Shown one piece after another: positions 25,026 to 38,877 of a stretch of 64,000 nt of DNA; the first letter of the stretch is position 1, and every line of letters begins with the position of its first letter. The translations under genes were made by a program, and so were the position numbers. Source of the stretch: Octopus sinensis. Taxonomy: Eukaryota. The stretch covers positions 12,834,001 to 12,898,000 of the forward strand of contig NC_043014.1 in assembly GCF_006345805.1 (NCBI RefSeq), written 5' to 3'. A model generated the notes under the pieces. That model had not been told where the DNA came from, searched no databases, and saw nothing but the letters and a program-made list of their open reading frames with translations.

Positions 25026-25942
25026 ACATCATGACAAAGGAATAAAATAAAGAACTATTTTCTAAAATTTTATTATCTACTTAAAGAGGGTCGAAAGAAT
25101 TTCATCTCTTATTTAATTTTCGTTCGTTTTGTTATCCCCCAAAAATAGGAAAAAATGCATAGAGTTTTGAAGGATAAAATAGAAGCGGGAGTGTAGAAAA
25201 GAAACAAATTAAAAGAAAGACATTCTTGAAATGGTATTTAAAGAAATGTGGGCGAATTTCTTTCTCAAGCTACGACGGGTAGGTAGGTGAGGTGGAAAAA
25301 ACCTTTTCCACCGTAAAAGATTGTGAAAACCTTCATTTAATAAACAGCATGACGAACAACCTGCTACCTGAAATTTATAGGTTCTTCATTATCATCATCA
25401 TCACAGGTATCGCTTTTATTTCTTGTCTACATGGCAAATCAGATATATATATATATATTTTTTTTTTTTTTGATTTTTGAGGAGGAAGACGAAGAAATAT
25501 CTATCTAACAGTAGGTGATGTCATAATAAAGAAAAACCAAACTCCTGAGAAAGGAAAAAACCTAATCAAGCTCTTCTCTTCTCATCATTGCTCCGCCATT
25601 TTCAGTGTCCATGCGTTAAGATTAAAAACGTTTATATGTATATATAAATGCATATACACACATATGTATACATACATGTACATATATGAGAGCTAGAAAA
25701 GTGTAATTTGTAAAATAGACAATACTTCTGCATGGAAATAAATCGCAAAATGTTGCAAATATCAAAAGCAACATTCAAATTCCTTAGTCTTCTCCTAGAA
25801 ATATTAACAAAACAATGGCAAAGGAATCATTCCACCGCAAATCAAGAAATGGGAGCTAACAAAAAATTCTATAACTATCTATCTAAAGATATATATATAT
25901 ATATATTATAGCACTTCATGTGTGAGAGAATTAGTCACTTAC

Positions 25943-26044
25943 AGGATCTTCAACCGATTCATCATTTCCCGTAACTCCTATAGCATCTACCGACGAGTCC
26001 ATGTTAAAACTTTCTTGTTCGCCGTTTTCAGTATCTGCCATCAT
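25943..26044 (-). CDS. PABPN1: PABPN1 coding exon 1 (MMADTENGEQESFNMDSSVDAIGVTGNDESVEDP)
   Basis: ATGATGG start; 102 nt; acidic N-terminus ending EDP as in metazoan PABPN1; followed by a GTAAGT donor (phase 0). Confidence 0.88.
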
Positions 26045-26099
26045 TACGAGAACAAAATTATGTAAAGTGCAAACTACTCGATTTGCGCTATCTAAAAAA

Positions 26100-26420
26100 G
26101 ACAAATTCACCTAACTAAACAATGCATTTACCACAAGATGTTATCCGATGAATACACTTGTGCTCCTTCTACTACAAAAACGCAGATATTTAAACGAACA
26201 AAGATGGCTGTATGGCATGTATAAACAGACTTGGATGGAATTTTGGACGGGATCACGTGAACGCTGGAAACGAGGCTAGGCTTTTCGCATGCGTGCGCAC
26301 TTGTCACTAACATATTCTTCTAGAGCCGCCTGCGCACGTTGGCGATACGGTGTTCCCCGTACGTGGGTGGCTGGTGCTGTAACGGGAGATCGAAACCGAA
26401 TTATTTGGTTGCACGGCAAT
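26100..26420. promoter_or_regulatory. PABPN1 promoter region (CpG-retaining)
   Basis: Immediately upstream of the ATG; locally CpG-rich; palindromic E-box TCACGTGA at 26253-26260; NRF1-like CGCATGCG/TGCGCA at 26286-26300; YY1-like AAAATGGCGG in sense orientation in intron 1 near 25592-25602. Confidence 0.6.
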
Positions 26421-26520
26421 ATTATTGATTAATTCTTATTATACTGTGTGTGTGTGTAAATATATCTATCTATATATATGTGTGTTAGAAGTATTGGGGG
26501 TGATGTATAGATTTAATACA

Positions 26521-26712
26521 TATGAATGAAAAAAGGTGTTCAGAATGCCGGATGGTTGTAAAAATATATATTTATTTACATATCACATATTATTTCTTCA
26601 GAAATTATAGGAGTAGTTGAAAGCGCTAATATGAAGAAATAATATGTGATATGTAAATAAATATATATATTTTTACAACCATCCACCATTCTGAACACCT
26701 TTTTCTTTCGTA
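26521..26712. repeat. Long inverted repeat (about 80-bp arms, 31-nt spacer) upstream of PABPN1
   Basis: 26521-26600 pairs with 26632-26712 with few mismatches. Confidence 0.9.
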
Positions 26713-29232
26713 TATATATACATACATATGGCTGACAAAGTAGGTTCGTTCGACTAAACTTTAATTTGCATGGAGCTAAGTGAAAGTGGTACCAAATTAG
26801 AATTCAACACACGTTTTTTTTGTGTATTATATAATGGTAATAATAATAATAATAATGACGATGATGATGGAACATGGCCAGTAATTTCAGGAGAGGGGAT
26901 AAGTCAATTACATCGACCCTAGTACTCAACCGGCACTTATTTTATCGGCCCCGAAAAGATGAAAGACAAAGTCGACCTGAGGGGCCTTTTGAGCTCAACA
27001 TGGCAGACATAGGAGGCCTGAAAACGATTCTACCCTATAATAATAATCAAAAGCGAAAAGAACATATTCCTTTATTTCAAATGTTTAACGAAATTGACAT
27101 AGCAGTCGAAACCCGAATAGCTTAATATGTTGTGTAAACCGACTCCACGTCGATTTTTGTTTCCTCGTAACTTTCAGAAAAATGGATATTTAAAAACAAA
27201 TTTTACTACAGATACTTTTCAGGTGATGTAGATAACGATTATATCGGGATTTAATAAAAAATCAAAATGTAGGGTGCGCACGGCGACCAATTTTATTTTA
27301 TTTTACTTTCTTTTTATTCATTAAATTTCGATATTATTGTCATCTGTATCATCTGAATGCTAACTGTAGAAATTTTCATTCAAAAATAACCATTTTCTTG
27401 GGAGTTATGAGATAATAAATGTTGGAGCACATATGTGTAGATATACCACACACACACACACACACATTTTTATGTTCATTCATAATAAAAAAAACTTTAT
27501 CTTCTCTTCTAAGCAAACACACATACACAAAGGCATATGGCTAATTCTCGGGCAGACCTTGAAGAAAGGACAAGTCATTGAAGAGGTCACGAATAGCAAC
27601 AATAGGACTTTAGCAAACAAACAACCAATTGATCGCTAAACCGGCACATTAAACAAAGGATCGATTAATTAGCTGGTTCGTTATTTAACCCAATAACTAA
27701 CAATAAAGGAGTGATATTGAACCAGTGTTTGTATTGTTATTGGGATAATGACCCTCCCCGAGACACGACATAATAAAAAATCATTTCATCTTGTAGTTGC
27801 TAGGCATGCTACTTAACCACACAGCCAGGCTTCAGAATTAAGGGTTACTCTATACTTTCTGTACAGGACAAATTTATTCTTAAACAAAAATTTTATTGAC
27901 AGTGACATCGAAGTTTAAGCCAGCTAAGCAATCATTGGACTGTAGTCCAATGATGGCTTAGCTAGTCAAAACTTCAAAGTCACTGTTAAAGAATAATATA
28001 TATCATAAACATCATTTAACGCCCATTTCCCATGCTGGCATGGGTTGGACGTTTTGACCAGGTCTGCTAAGCTGAAGGCTCCACCAAACCCCAGACTGAT
28101 CTGGCATGGTTTCTACAGCTGGATGCCCTTCTTAATGCCAACCACTCTGAGAGTGTAATGGGTGTTTTTATCTGCCAAAACTACAATTTCACTTGGCTTG
28201 ACGTGTCTTCTACAAGCACAGCATATTGCCAAGGTCTCAGTTGTTTGTCATTGCCTCCATGAAGCCCAATGCTCAAAAAGTGCTTTATACATGACACCAG
28301 CACTGGCCACATTGCCTCCATCAAGCTTGTTTCAGCTTCAAAGCCAGTCACGGGACACACCGATGCCACATAAAAAGCACCATCTGATCGTGGCTGTTTG
28401 CAAGCCTCGTCTGGTACCTGTGCAGGTAGCACATAAATAGCACCCACTACACTCTCGGAGTGGTTGGCGTTAGGAAGGGCATCCAACTGTAGAAACACTG
28501 CCAGATCAGACTGGGCCTGGCGCAGCCTTCTGGCTTCCCAGACCCCAGTTGAACCGTCCAACCCATGCTAGCATGGAAAACGGACGTTAAACGATGATGA
28601 TGATGATGATACACACACACGTGTGTATAAAACCCAGAGCTGATTTTCCGAAATCTTATTAGTATGGATACCAATTAGTTCTAAGAGGTTCCACGCAAAG
28701 GAATCAAGCCCAACTCCTAAGCTATAAGATTCACTAAGTAAAGCTTTCTTACTTTGTGATGATTATCACCCAATGCTTTAAAAAAAGAAATTTGTTTATC
28801 TTATTGCAAAAATGTAAGACAGATGTAGTTGGACTTAACTCACGCTCAGCACAACATATCCTATTTTATCAGAACAGCAGACTGAAGTGCAAAAGCAGTT
28901 GAATGTAGCAATAATGTCAACAAGGCTAAATACTGCCTCCTGCCAAGTCAGTTAAAATTAGCATTTTACTGAATCTGATATCCTTTCTAAAAAATAAAGC
29001 ATCGTCAAAAGAATGTGTACACATTTTAGGAAAGGAAAAATCCGTACAGCAATAGTAAATGAGATTTCTAAATGACATTATGGTATTTCTGAAGCCTGGC
29101 TGTGTGGTTAAGAAGCATGCTTAACAACCACATGGTTTTGGGTTCAGTTCCACTGTACAGCACTTTGGGCAAGTATCTTTTATGGCCCTGCCTTGTGAGA
29201 AAATTTGGTAGATGAAACTGAGTGGAGCCTCA

Positions 29233-29267
<35 letters not shown>

Positions 29268-30018
29268 CCTGTGTGATTGTCCCCTCTCCCACCACTTGAC
29301 AACCAGTGTCGGTTTGTTTACATCCCTGTAACTTAGCAGTTTAGCAAGGGACTATAAATACTAGACTTTAAAAAACAGCAGAAAAACAAGTACTTATTCT
29401 TTTACTTGTCTCAGTCATTTGACTGCGGCCATGCTGAAGCACCACCTTAAAGGGTTTTTTACTTGAAGAAATCGACCCCAGGATTTATTCTTTGTAAGCC
29501 TAGTACTTATTCTATTGGTGTTTTTTTACTGAACCACTAATTTATGGGGACATAAACACACCGACATTAGTTGTCAAGCAAAGGTGGGGTGACAAACACA
29601 GACACACACACAAAGATATTCAACAGGCTTCTTTCAGTTTTCATCTACCCAATCCACTAACAAAACTTTGGTTGGCCCATAGAAGACACTTGCCCAAAGT
29701 ATCATGCAGTGGGACTGAACCTGGAACTATGTGGTTGTTAAGCAAGCTTCTTACCACACAGCCACACCTGCGCCTATATTGATATATTTAACTAAAACCC
29801 TTTAAGCGTGGCCTGGTTCAATAACTGAAACAAGTAAATTATAAAAACTACTGTTACCCCACCTGTATAGTTAATGTTTAACCCTAGGACAACTTTAACC
29901 ATGTTTTTGTATGGTACTATATAATCTGATGTAGGGTAAGGTGCAATTGAGGGAGATTTGGTTCATATTAACTTGGCCTTTAACTCTAGCAAAGTACCAC
30001 AAAGATAATGGTGTAAGG

Positions 30019-30298
30019 CAGTGCTTCTCAAACTAACTGATGTGGTGTACCAACAGTTTTTTTTTTCAATGTGCCATGGACTGGTAATATTTCTTAGTAA
30101 TATTAATTTATACCAGAAACAATATATATAATGAATATAATAAAAGTTGACAACTTTTTTGTATTTTATATTTATTTTGTAAACAAATAATACAATATTA
30201 CATAAGCATTTTATAATGTTTCTCATCTGGAAACTCGCCGCATACCAGCAGCTGATGGCTTGCGGACCGGCACCAGTCCACCACTTTGAATAGCACTG
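30019..30298. mobile_element. hAT (Charlie-like) MITE
   Basis: TIRs CAGTGCTTCTCAAA / TTTGAATAGCACTG; 8-bp TSD GTGTAAGG / GTGTAAGA. Confidence 0.8.
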
Positions 30299-33031
30299 GT
30301 GTAAGAGACCCAACTAAACTAGTGTGTAATATAATTTCCCAAAATGCTTTGACAATAAATTCCAAGACAAAATACTATGAAGACAGAGTACTCGGATAAG
30401 TACTCACCACACATTTTTTTAATATTCTACAGTGAGAAAGCTGGCAAGAACATTAGCACACTGGGCGAAATGCATAGTGGTATTTCATCTCTCTGTACAT
30501 TCCACCAAGGTCGACTTTGCATTTCACCCTTTTGGGGTCAATAAATGAACTACCAGTTGCGTACTGGAGTCAATCTAATAGCCTGGCCCCCTTCCCAAAA
30601 ATTTCAGACCTTGTGCCTAGAGTAGAAAAGAAAAGAATATTTAAACGCAGCGAGCTGGTGGAAACATTAGCATGCCAGGCGAAATGCTCAGCAGTATTTT
30701 GTCTTTATGCCCTGAGTTCCAATTCCACCAAGGTCGACTTTGCCTTTCATCCTTTCAGGGTCGATGAATTAAGTACCAATTGTGTACTGGGGTCAATCTA
30801 ATTGACTGGCCCCCTCCTCCAAAATTTCGAACCTTGTGCCTTGAGTAGAAAAGAATATTTTACAGTGCGAAATGAAATGAAATTAAGATAACAACATTCC
30901 CTCTTATGAGACACTGGTCAGTTGCAAGGTTCAAGGCCAGCAATTTTGAGAGACGGTGGTTAGTTAATACCACTGACCCCAGTACTTGACTATTTTATTT
31001 CATCCAACCATGAAGAGGTGAAAGGCAGAGTTGACCTCAGATGAATTTGAACCCAGAATGTAAAGAGCTGTAAGAAGTGCCACTATGCAATTAAGCTTGC
31101 TGCCTTAATGCGTGTTATCTGGTCTTTGGGTGCCCTCATATATACATATACACACGTGTGTGTGCATCTTTGCGTGTATTTGTCACACCCCTCTACCACT
31201 TAACAACCAGTGTTGGTTTGTTTACATCTCTATAACTTAGAGGTTTGGCAAACAAGAGAGACACAATAAATACTAGACCGGAGAAGAAAAAGGAAAAATA
31301 CAAATACTAGGGTAAATTTATTTAACTAAAACATATTGAGGTGGTGCTCCAGCATGGTCACAGTCTAATGACTGAAAGAAGTAAAATGATAAAAGACAAA
31401 TAACAAAGTAAATTATCAGATTCTCAGAAACAGAAGAAAGAAACAAACAAACAAACAATGGCAATAACAGTAGCAGTAACATACACTCTGTAAACTGTGA
31501 TCATTCATGAAATGAATTTTATTTTTTTATTGAGTAAAACGAAAGTGAAAGTAGGCTGAAATGATAGAATGGAGTTTCAACAACAAATGTTTTTTTATCG
31601 TTAAATATATTGACCAATTGCTCTCTGTCTTATGTGGCTGTTTTATAACATGAAACTGAGTGTTGTAAGATTGGGAGCAGGATAAGTGTAAGTTTGATAG
31701 GCACAATAATTTTCCCTTATAATGAAGCACAAGGCCAGTAATTTCAGAAGAAAGGGTTAAAGTTGATTACATTGACACCTCAATCATATTCTTTTATTCT
31801 TTTACATGTTTTAGTCATTTGATTGTAGCCATGCTGTTGCACTATCTTAAAGGGTTTTAGTCAAAGAAATTGATTCCAGGACTTATTCTTTGTAAGCCTA
31901 GTGCCTATTCTATTAGTCTCTTTTGCTGAACTGTTAAGTTACAGGGACATAAACACACCAACATCAGTCGTGAAGCAATGGTGAAGGGATAAACACATAA
32001 ATATATATACATATATACGACAGGTTTCTTTCAGTATCCCTCTACCAAATCCACTCACAAGGCTTTCATCAGCTTGAGGCTATAGTAAAAGACACTTGCC
32101 CAAGGTGCCATGCAGTGGGACTGAACCTGGAACCATGTGGTTGGGAGGCAGGCCTCTTACCACACAATCACACCTGCACTTGGTACTTATTTTATCGACC
32201 CTGTGAGAATGACAGGCAAATTCAACCTTGGTGGAATTTGAACTCGGAAAGTAAAGATGAGCAAAATGCTCTGGCATGCTTAATGGTTCTGCCAGCTTGC
32301 TGCCTTAGGATAAAATATTGACTTCAAATTTTAGTACACGGCCAGCAAGTTGGGATAAACTGTAAAATGGGTAAACTGATTACATTGACCCCAGTCATAT
32401 ACTGGTACTTATTTCATCGATCCCGAAAGGATGGAAGGCGAAGTCAACAGTGGTAGAATTTGAACTCAGAACGTAAGGACAGACAAAATACCTATTTCTT
32501 TACTACCCACAAGGTGCTAAACACAGAGAGGACAAACAAACTAATTAAGTCGATTATATCAACCCATGCATAAATTGACCCTGGAAGGATGAAAGGCAAA
32601 GTCGACCTCGGCAGAATTTGAACTCAGAATGTAGCGGCAGACGAAATACCACTAAGCACTTGGTCAGGCATGCTAATGATTGTGCCAGCTAGCAGAATAA
32701 AATATTGCTAATGAGCCACAATTGTAACAGTCTGTTGGCACAAACTTTGGTAAAACTGCTAACAATAACATTAACAGTTATATAGTGAGTCTACATCACT
32801 TCATTACACCTTCTGCAGAATACATTTTAATTTCTCATCTCTGGTCAATGTTATTTCCTATTTGTTCCCATCTAGAAATCAAAGGACATGACTATTATTC
32901 CTTTCAATTTTTTTTTTTGTGACATGGATATCGATGTTTTGAAACTCACCTATTTTCCATTACATTTCAGACAGATTCAGTGCTGAGTTGTTGGAGTAGA
33001 AATGTCACTATAGCAAATATTCTGCTCAATA

Positions 33032-33257
33032 CCTATTTCTTTACTACCCACAAGGGGTTAAACACAGAGAGGACAAACAAAAGGATTAAGTCGATTATAT
33101 CGACCAAAGTGCGTAACTGGTACTTATTTAATCGACCCCGAAAGGATGAAAGACAAAGTCGACCTTGGCGGAATTTGAACTCAGAACGTAATGGCAAACG
33201 AAATACTGCTAAACATTTCGCCCGGTGTGCTAATGTTTCTGCCAGCTCACCGCCTTA
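33032..33257 (-). mobile_element. tRNA-derived SINE family B with a 13-bp TSD
   Basis: TSD ATTCTGCTCAATA at 33019-33031 and 33258-33270. Other copies at about 531-756 (+), 10560-10775 (-), 30640-30860 (+), 32490-32695 (-), 39100-39320 (+), 40430-40660 (-), 57050-57222 (+). Confidence 0.85.
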
Positions 33258-35539
33258 ATTCTGCTCAATAGCACAGATTTGCTTGTCAGTTGTTTGACCT
33301 TAACCACACAAGCATGTCTTTTAGAGGATGACAATATGTGCATCTCTGACCACGAGAAGTAGTTGGGGAGCATCATAACCATGTAATGAGAGGAATTCTT
33401 TGGGGTTTGAATAAATGTAACAAAAGCAAAATTTGAAGGAAATATTAGCCATTGTTCATATTTTCTAGGGGTAAACAAAAAGGAAACAACAACTGCTACC
33501 CAAGGTCAAAAATTGGTGGCATGCAATTTTAGTTATTGACTGCATTACCTTTTGGCACCAACCCATCTGAAACTGCTCAGTGGCCCAATGATGCAAACTC
33601 CCAGCTTTTTAAAGGGGGATCTAAATCAAAACCTATCAAAATTTCACCAGTTTAATAGTCAAAATTATTTTACTAAATACTTTGTTATTTCCAAAATTTA
33701 TTGAAACAAATGTAGAATTGAAATAAAGTAACGAAATGGTTAAGAACAACTTTTTCATGTGGCTATGAGGTAAGAAGCTTGCTTCCCAACCACATTGTTC
33801 TGGCTCCTTGGACAAGTATCTTCTACTATAATTTTGAGCCAACCAGAGCCTTCCAAGTGGATTTGGTAGACAGAAGCTGAAAGAAGCCAGTCATATGTGT
33901 GTGTGTATGTATGTATGTATGTATCATCATCATCATCGCTTAACGTCCGTTCTCCATGCTAGCATGCTTTGGACGGTTCGACCGGGGATCTGGGAAGCTA
34001 GAAGGCTGCACCAGGCTCCAGTTTGATCTGGCAGTGTTTCTACAGCTGGATGCCCTTCCTAATGCCAACCATTCCGTGAGTGTAGTGGGTGCTTTTTACG
34101 TGCCACCTGCACAGGTGCCAGGCAAAGCTGGCAATGGCCACGATCGGATTGGTGCATTTTACGTGTCACCGGCACGGAAGCCACTCAAGGCGGCGCTGGC
34201 ATCGGCCACGATTCGGATGGTGCTTTTTACGTGCCACCGGCACGGAAGCCAGTCAAGGTGGCGCTGTATATATATATGTGTGTGTGTGTGTTTGTGTCTG
34301 TCCCGTCATTACCACTTGATAACTGATGTTGGCGTGTTATGTCCCTATAACTTAGAAGTTCAACAAAAGAAATCAATAGAATAAGTACTAGGATTTTTAA
34401 AAAAGTCATGGGGTCAATTTATTCAACTAAAACTCTTTAAGACAGTGCTCCAGCATGGCCGCAGTCAAATGACTGAAACAAGTAAAGGAGTAAAAGAGTA
34501 TCTAAATCAATATTTTAGAAAAATCCACCTGCCAGTTAATTGCAAAGAGTGTTATGCCACCCTGGTGGTTGATCAGGGTTAATGGAAAACACCACAGCTA
34601 AAAATACAAGTTTTTACATCCTGTCAGGTATTTCTCTTGACTGAAATATAAACAACTACAAGGAAGAAGATAACACTGAAATATAATACGCATACAACAT
34701 GGGTTATACATACATGTGATAAATTTATGGTTTCATACTTTATTCCAGAAAACTTTTACAATTTATTTACATGCACAAAAATCATACGTTTCTCCCTACA
34801 AAAAAAAAAAATCATTTTCAAATATCTTTCAATGAGGGTACGATGAAATTTGTTTTATTATCCCACAAAATATACTTGTAAAATACGAGTGTGTCTTACG
34901 CCAGAATGCATCTAATATGCCAGCAAATACAGTAATAAATATAATTTATTGAACACATAAATATTCTTCAGCTTCTTAAATTAGCAACCACAAAATCTTT
35001 ACTAAATTAAATGATTTAATTTGTCTTTGGCACAAAAACTTTTCATATGATTAACCTTTTGTTTTTTGATAACACCTGCTGGTTCTATGATAAACATTCG
35101 TTGTTTTGATTTTAAAACTTTCCTTCAGAACACCAGCTTGATAGTGACAAAATTATTTTACTAAATTCATCGTTTTTTTTAAATGAACAAAGGCATTGTA
35201 TTGCAACAGAAATTTGATAACAAAAAGGGGTTAAACTCAACACAATTACAATATACTGATTTCATTCACCAGCACAATTCATTTGGAAAGGGCATGAGGT
35301 TGTGTGACATTCACAACTTTCTCAAGGGCATTTCTTAGTTTCTAGAAGAGTGATTTCAAATTTTGACACAAGGCCAGCAATTTCAGAGGTAAGTTGAACA
35401 CATCAACCCCAGTGTGCAACTGGTACATATTTTACTAATCTCCACCCCACCCACCACCACTGAAAAGGTGAAAGGCAAAGTTGACCTTGGCAAAATTTAA
35501 ACTCAAGATGTAAAGACTAAGAAAAATGCTGTTAAGCAT

Positions 35540-36260
35540 CCACTATAATACTCTTGTGTTTTTCCCTGTCACAACATATGAATGAGAAAGGAAGGGGTGA
35601 CAGATGAATAAGGAAGGAAGGGTTAAAAAAAAAAAAATCAGTGTTTCAACACTGTGTATGTGTGTGTGTATGTAAAAAGAGAGGTATGTGATTGTGTGTG
35701 TGTGTGCAATGGAAGTGGGATGGTGATGTAATAATACTCTTGTGTTTTTCTCCATCACAACATATGAATGAGAAAGGAAGGGGTGATGGCAAAACATGAA
35801 TGTTTATATGTGTGATGGAAGATTCAATGCTGAAAAGAAAAACCAAATAGCGTTTCAACTCAGGGGTGAGTATATGTGTGTTTGTGTTTGCATGTGTACA
35901 AAGGAAGTATGTGAATGTCTGCATGTGTGATTATTATGTATCTTATATATATATTATATATAAAAGTAGCTGGCCTCGTGTCGTCGAAAATGATGGCTAA
36001 TTGTACCATTCTATATATAAATAGAAAAATGTGTGACAGAGAAAAACACGAGAGTATTATTATAGTGCACTTGTTTCAGACCATGTGCCTATAGTAGAAC
36101 GAATTATTGATTATTACTAGCTGGCCCCGTGCCGTCATAAATGACGGCTAATTGTAGTATCTACTATAATAATACTTTTGTGTTTTCTTCCGTCACAAGA
36201 TATGAATGAGAAAGGAAGGGGTGATAGATGAATAAGGAATGAAGGGGTGATGACAAACTT
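35540..36260. repeat. Patchwork of repeated modules with Helitron-like ends
   Basis: Three copies of TAATACTCTTGTGTTTT...GAATGAGAAAGGAAGGGGTGA (about 35548, 35733, 36172); two copies of an AGCTGGCC..GTCGTC..ATGACGGCTAATTG module, one with a hairpin next to CTAG (36118). Confidence 0.4.
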
Positions 36261-38605
36261 GGTTGTGGGATGATGGAAATACTATGGTGCAAAAAAAAAA
36301 TGTGTGTATATATATATGTAGTGTTTGTTTGTATGTACCTTTATCTAGATATCACATGATGGCTGTAAATGAGCATCATTGTCATCATCATACAAGCAAG
36401 GTAATTCATTTTCAGTCATCCATAAAAAACATGACAGGCCAAGGAGAAAGTATTACGTTGCTTGGAAAAAGGTTGCAGATGGTGACACGAAGGACATCTG
36501 GCCATAGAAAAACTGCTTCCATAAATTCTGTGTCTGACCCATGTGAGCATAGAAAAGTGGGTGTTAAATGATAATGATATATAATGATGGACTCTCCTGT
36601 TGAAGACAACGTATAAACAAATGATTTGTTTATAATGATCAAATGTATGTGCTGTACATTAGCTCACTTCCTCCATCAAATTGACGTTACCTGAACAGGT
36701 GCACAGTGTGTCAGGTGTCGAAGAGCAACACTCGGTCTAGGAATTTAAACCACCATCTCGTGATCATGTGTGTAGCACCCTAACCATTAAGTAATGTGTC
36801 CTCTATCTACAGGGATATGTTTGATCACATCTACATAACACCCTCATTTATAAGCATAATTCCTTTAAAAGTCCTGTCTATGTTTGAAAATCGAGTCTGC
36901 TGGAGAGAAAAGAAAACCAACATTATTCTGAATCGTCATCATTTAAGAACTGTTTTTCATGCTAGCATGGGTTAGATGACTTGGCAGAAACAGGCATGTT
37001 AGAAGACAACACCAAGCTCTGCTCTCTGCTTTGGCATAGTTTCTAAGGCTGGATGCCCTTCCTAATGCCAACCACACCAAACAGAGGATGCTGGGCGATT
37101 TTGAGTCTGTGGCACAAGCAGCAGTGAGGCCACCAAGTAACTTGGTGCACAAGACCCCTGAACTGTGCGCGGGGAAGATGGAACAGAAAAGGTGTCTTGT
37201 ATTGGAAGAGAAACAAGGCTACTTCAGAGAGAGAGGAGAGTAAGATGGTGAAGGTATAACCCAAGCGTAGCCAAAAACCTCTGAATTTAGCCAAGCTGAA
37301 TTACATATAGCACAAATAGGTTAGACACACAACGTCTCTAGATTAAAAATAAAGAAATGTGTGTGTATGTTTATATATATATATAGGGGTGGCTGTGTGG
37401 TAAGAAGCTTGCTTCCCAACCACATTGATTCAGGTTCAGTCCCACTGTGTGGCATCTTGCACAAGTATCTTCTAGCATAGTCTCAGGCTAACCAAAACCT
37501 TGTGAGTGGATTTCGAAGAGGGAAACTGAAAGAAGCCCATCTTATATATATATTATCATCATCATCGTCGTTTAACATCCATCCTCCATGCATGCATGGG
37601 TAGGACAGTTGACAGGAGCTGGTCAGGTAGAAAAACTACCCTAGGCTACTGTGTCTATTCTAGCAGGAATTTAAAGGATGCCCTTCCTAACACCAACCAC
37701 TCCGCAGAGTGTAGCACTAGCACGGTGAGGTTAGTTTTGGTATGATTTTTACAGCTGGATGCCCTTCCAAACGTCAATCACATTAGTGTGGACTGGATAT
37801 TTTTAACGTTGCACCAGCACTTGCAGGGTAACCGAGCAACACGCAAGACAAGGAATTATGAGAGGGGCAGGGTATATATTTGTATGTGTGTGTGTCATTA
37901 TGTCTGTGTTTGTAGTACCCCAGCCATCACTTGACAACCAATGTTAGTGTGTTTACATCCCTGTAACTTCACAGTTCAGCAAAAGAGACCGATAGAATAA
38001 GTCCTGGGGCTGCTTTCTTTGAGTAAAAAATCCCTTTAAGGCAGTGCTCCAGCATGACTGCAGTCAAATGACTGAAACAAGTAAAAAAATATGAAAGAAT
38101 ATATATCAGCAGATACACATGCGTGTGTGTTGCTGTCTCCTGGCCTTGACATCAAGTGGTGGTTGTAAATTGCATTTCCAATTTGCAGTGAAAACATGTC
38201 TGGCCATGGAGAGACATCACCTTACTTGGAAACAGGGGAAGGTTGGCAACAAGAAAGACATCCAGCCATAGAGAATCCTCCCTCAACAAACTCCACCCGG
38301 ATCATGCAAGCCTAGGTGAGTGGACATTAAAGCAATGATGATGATGACACATAAACCCCCTAGAAGGATATTAACATTTATTAACTTCACCTTTTACCAT
38401 TTACTTGTTTCGGTCATTAGACTGCAGCCATGCAGGGGCACTGCCTTGATGAATTTTAGTCACACAAATCGGCCCCAGTACTTATAATTTTTTTCTGTCA
38501 GTTTCTTGTGCCAAACCTCTAAGTTACAGGGATGTAAACACAGACACAAAGACACACACACACACCCATGTGTGTGTGTGTATGTATATATATGTATATA
38601 TATAT

Positions 38606-38665
<60 letters not shown>

Positions 38666-38828
38666 TAGTTATAGCCAAGCTAATATGGCAGTCCAGAAAT
38701 AGGATGAATGCTGCCGTTGATTAGTTCCAAGAGGTTTTCGCCTCTAGCTAGCTATGTGACACACGAACCTGTGTCCATTATAACCTTTGAACAGGAGAGG
38801 TCAGCCACTTCCCCTTGCTGGTGAGGCA

Positions 38829-38877
38829 TCTGCAGACTCAGACTAGTTTCAGGGTATTTTCCCCTTATCAATGCAGA
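38829..38877 (-). ncRNA. Type I minimal hammerhead ribozyme motif (U3-A8 variant)
   Basis: Minus strand reads TCTGCA-TTGATAA-GGGG aaaata CCCT-GAAA-CT agtctg AG-TC-TGCAGA: 6-bp stem I, stem II, short stem III containing the palindrome ACTAGT, and a GUC cleavage triplet at 38837-38835. Confidence 0.6.

Noticed and set aside
24450-25050. Six overlapping 107-194-aa ORFs
   Set aside because: Translations of a TA/TACA microsatellite.
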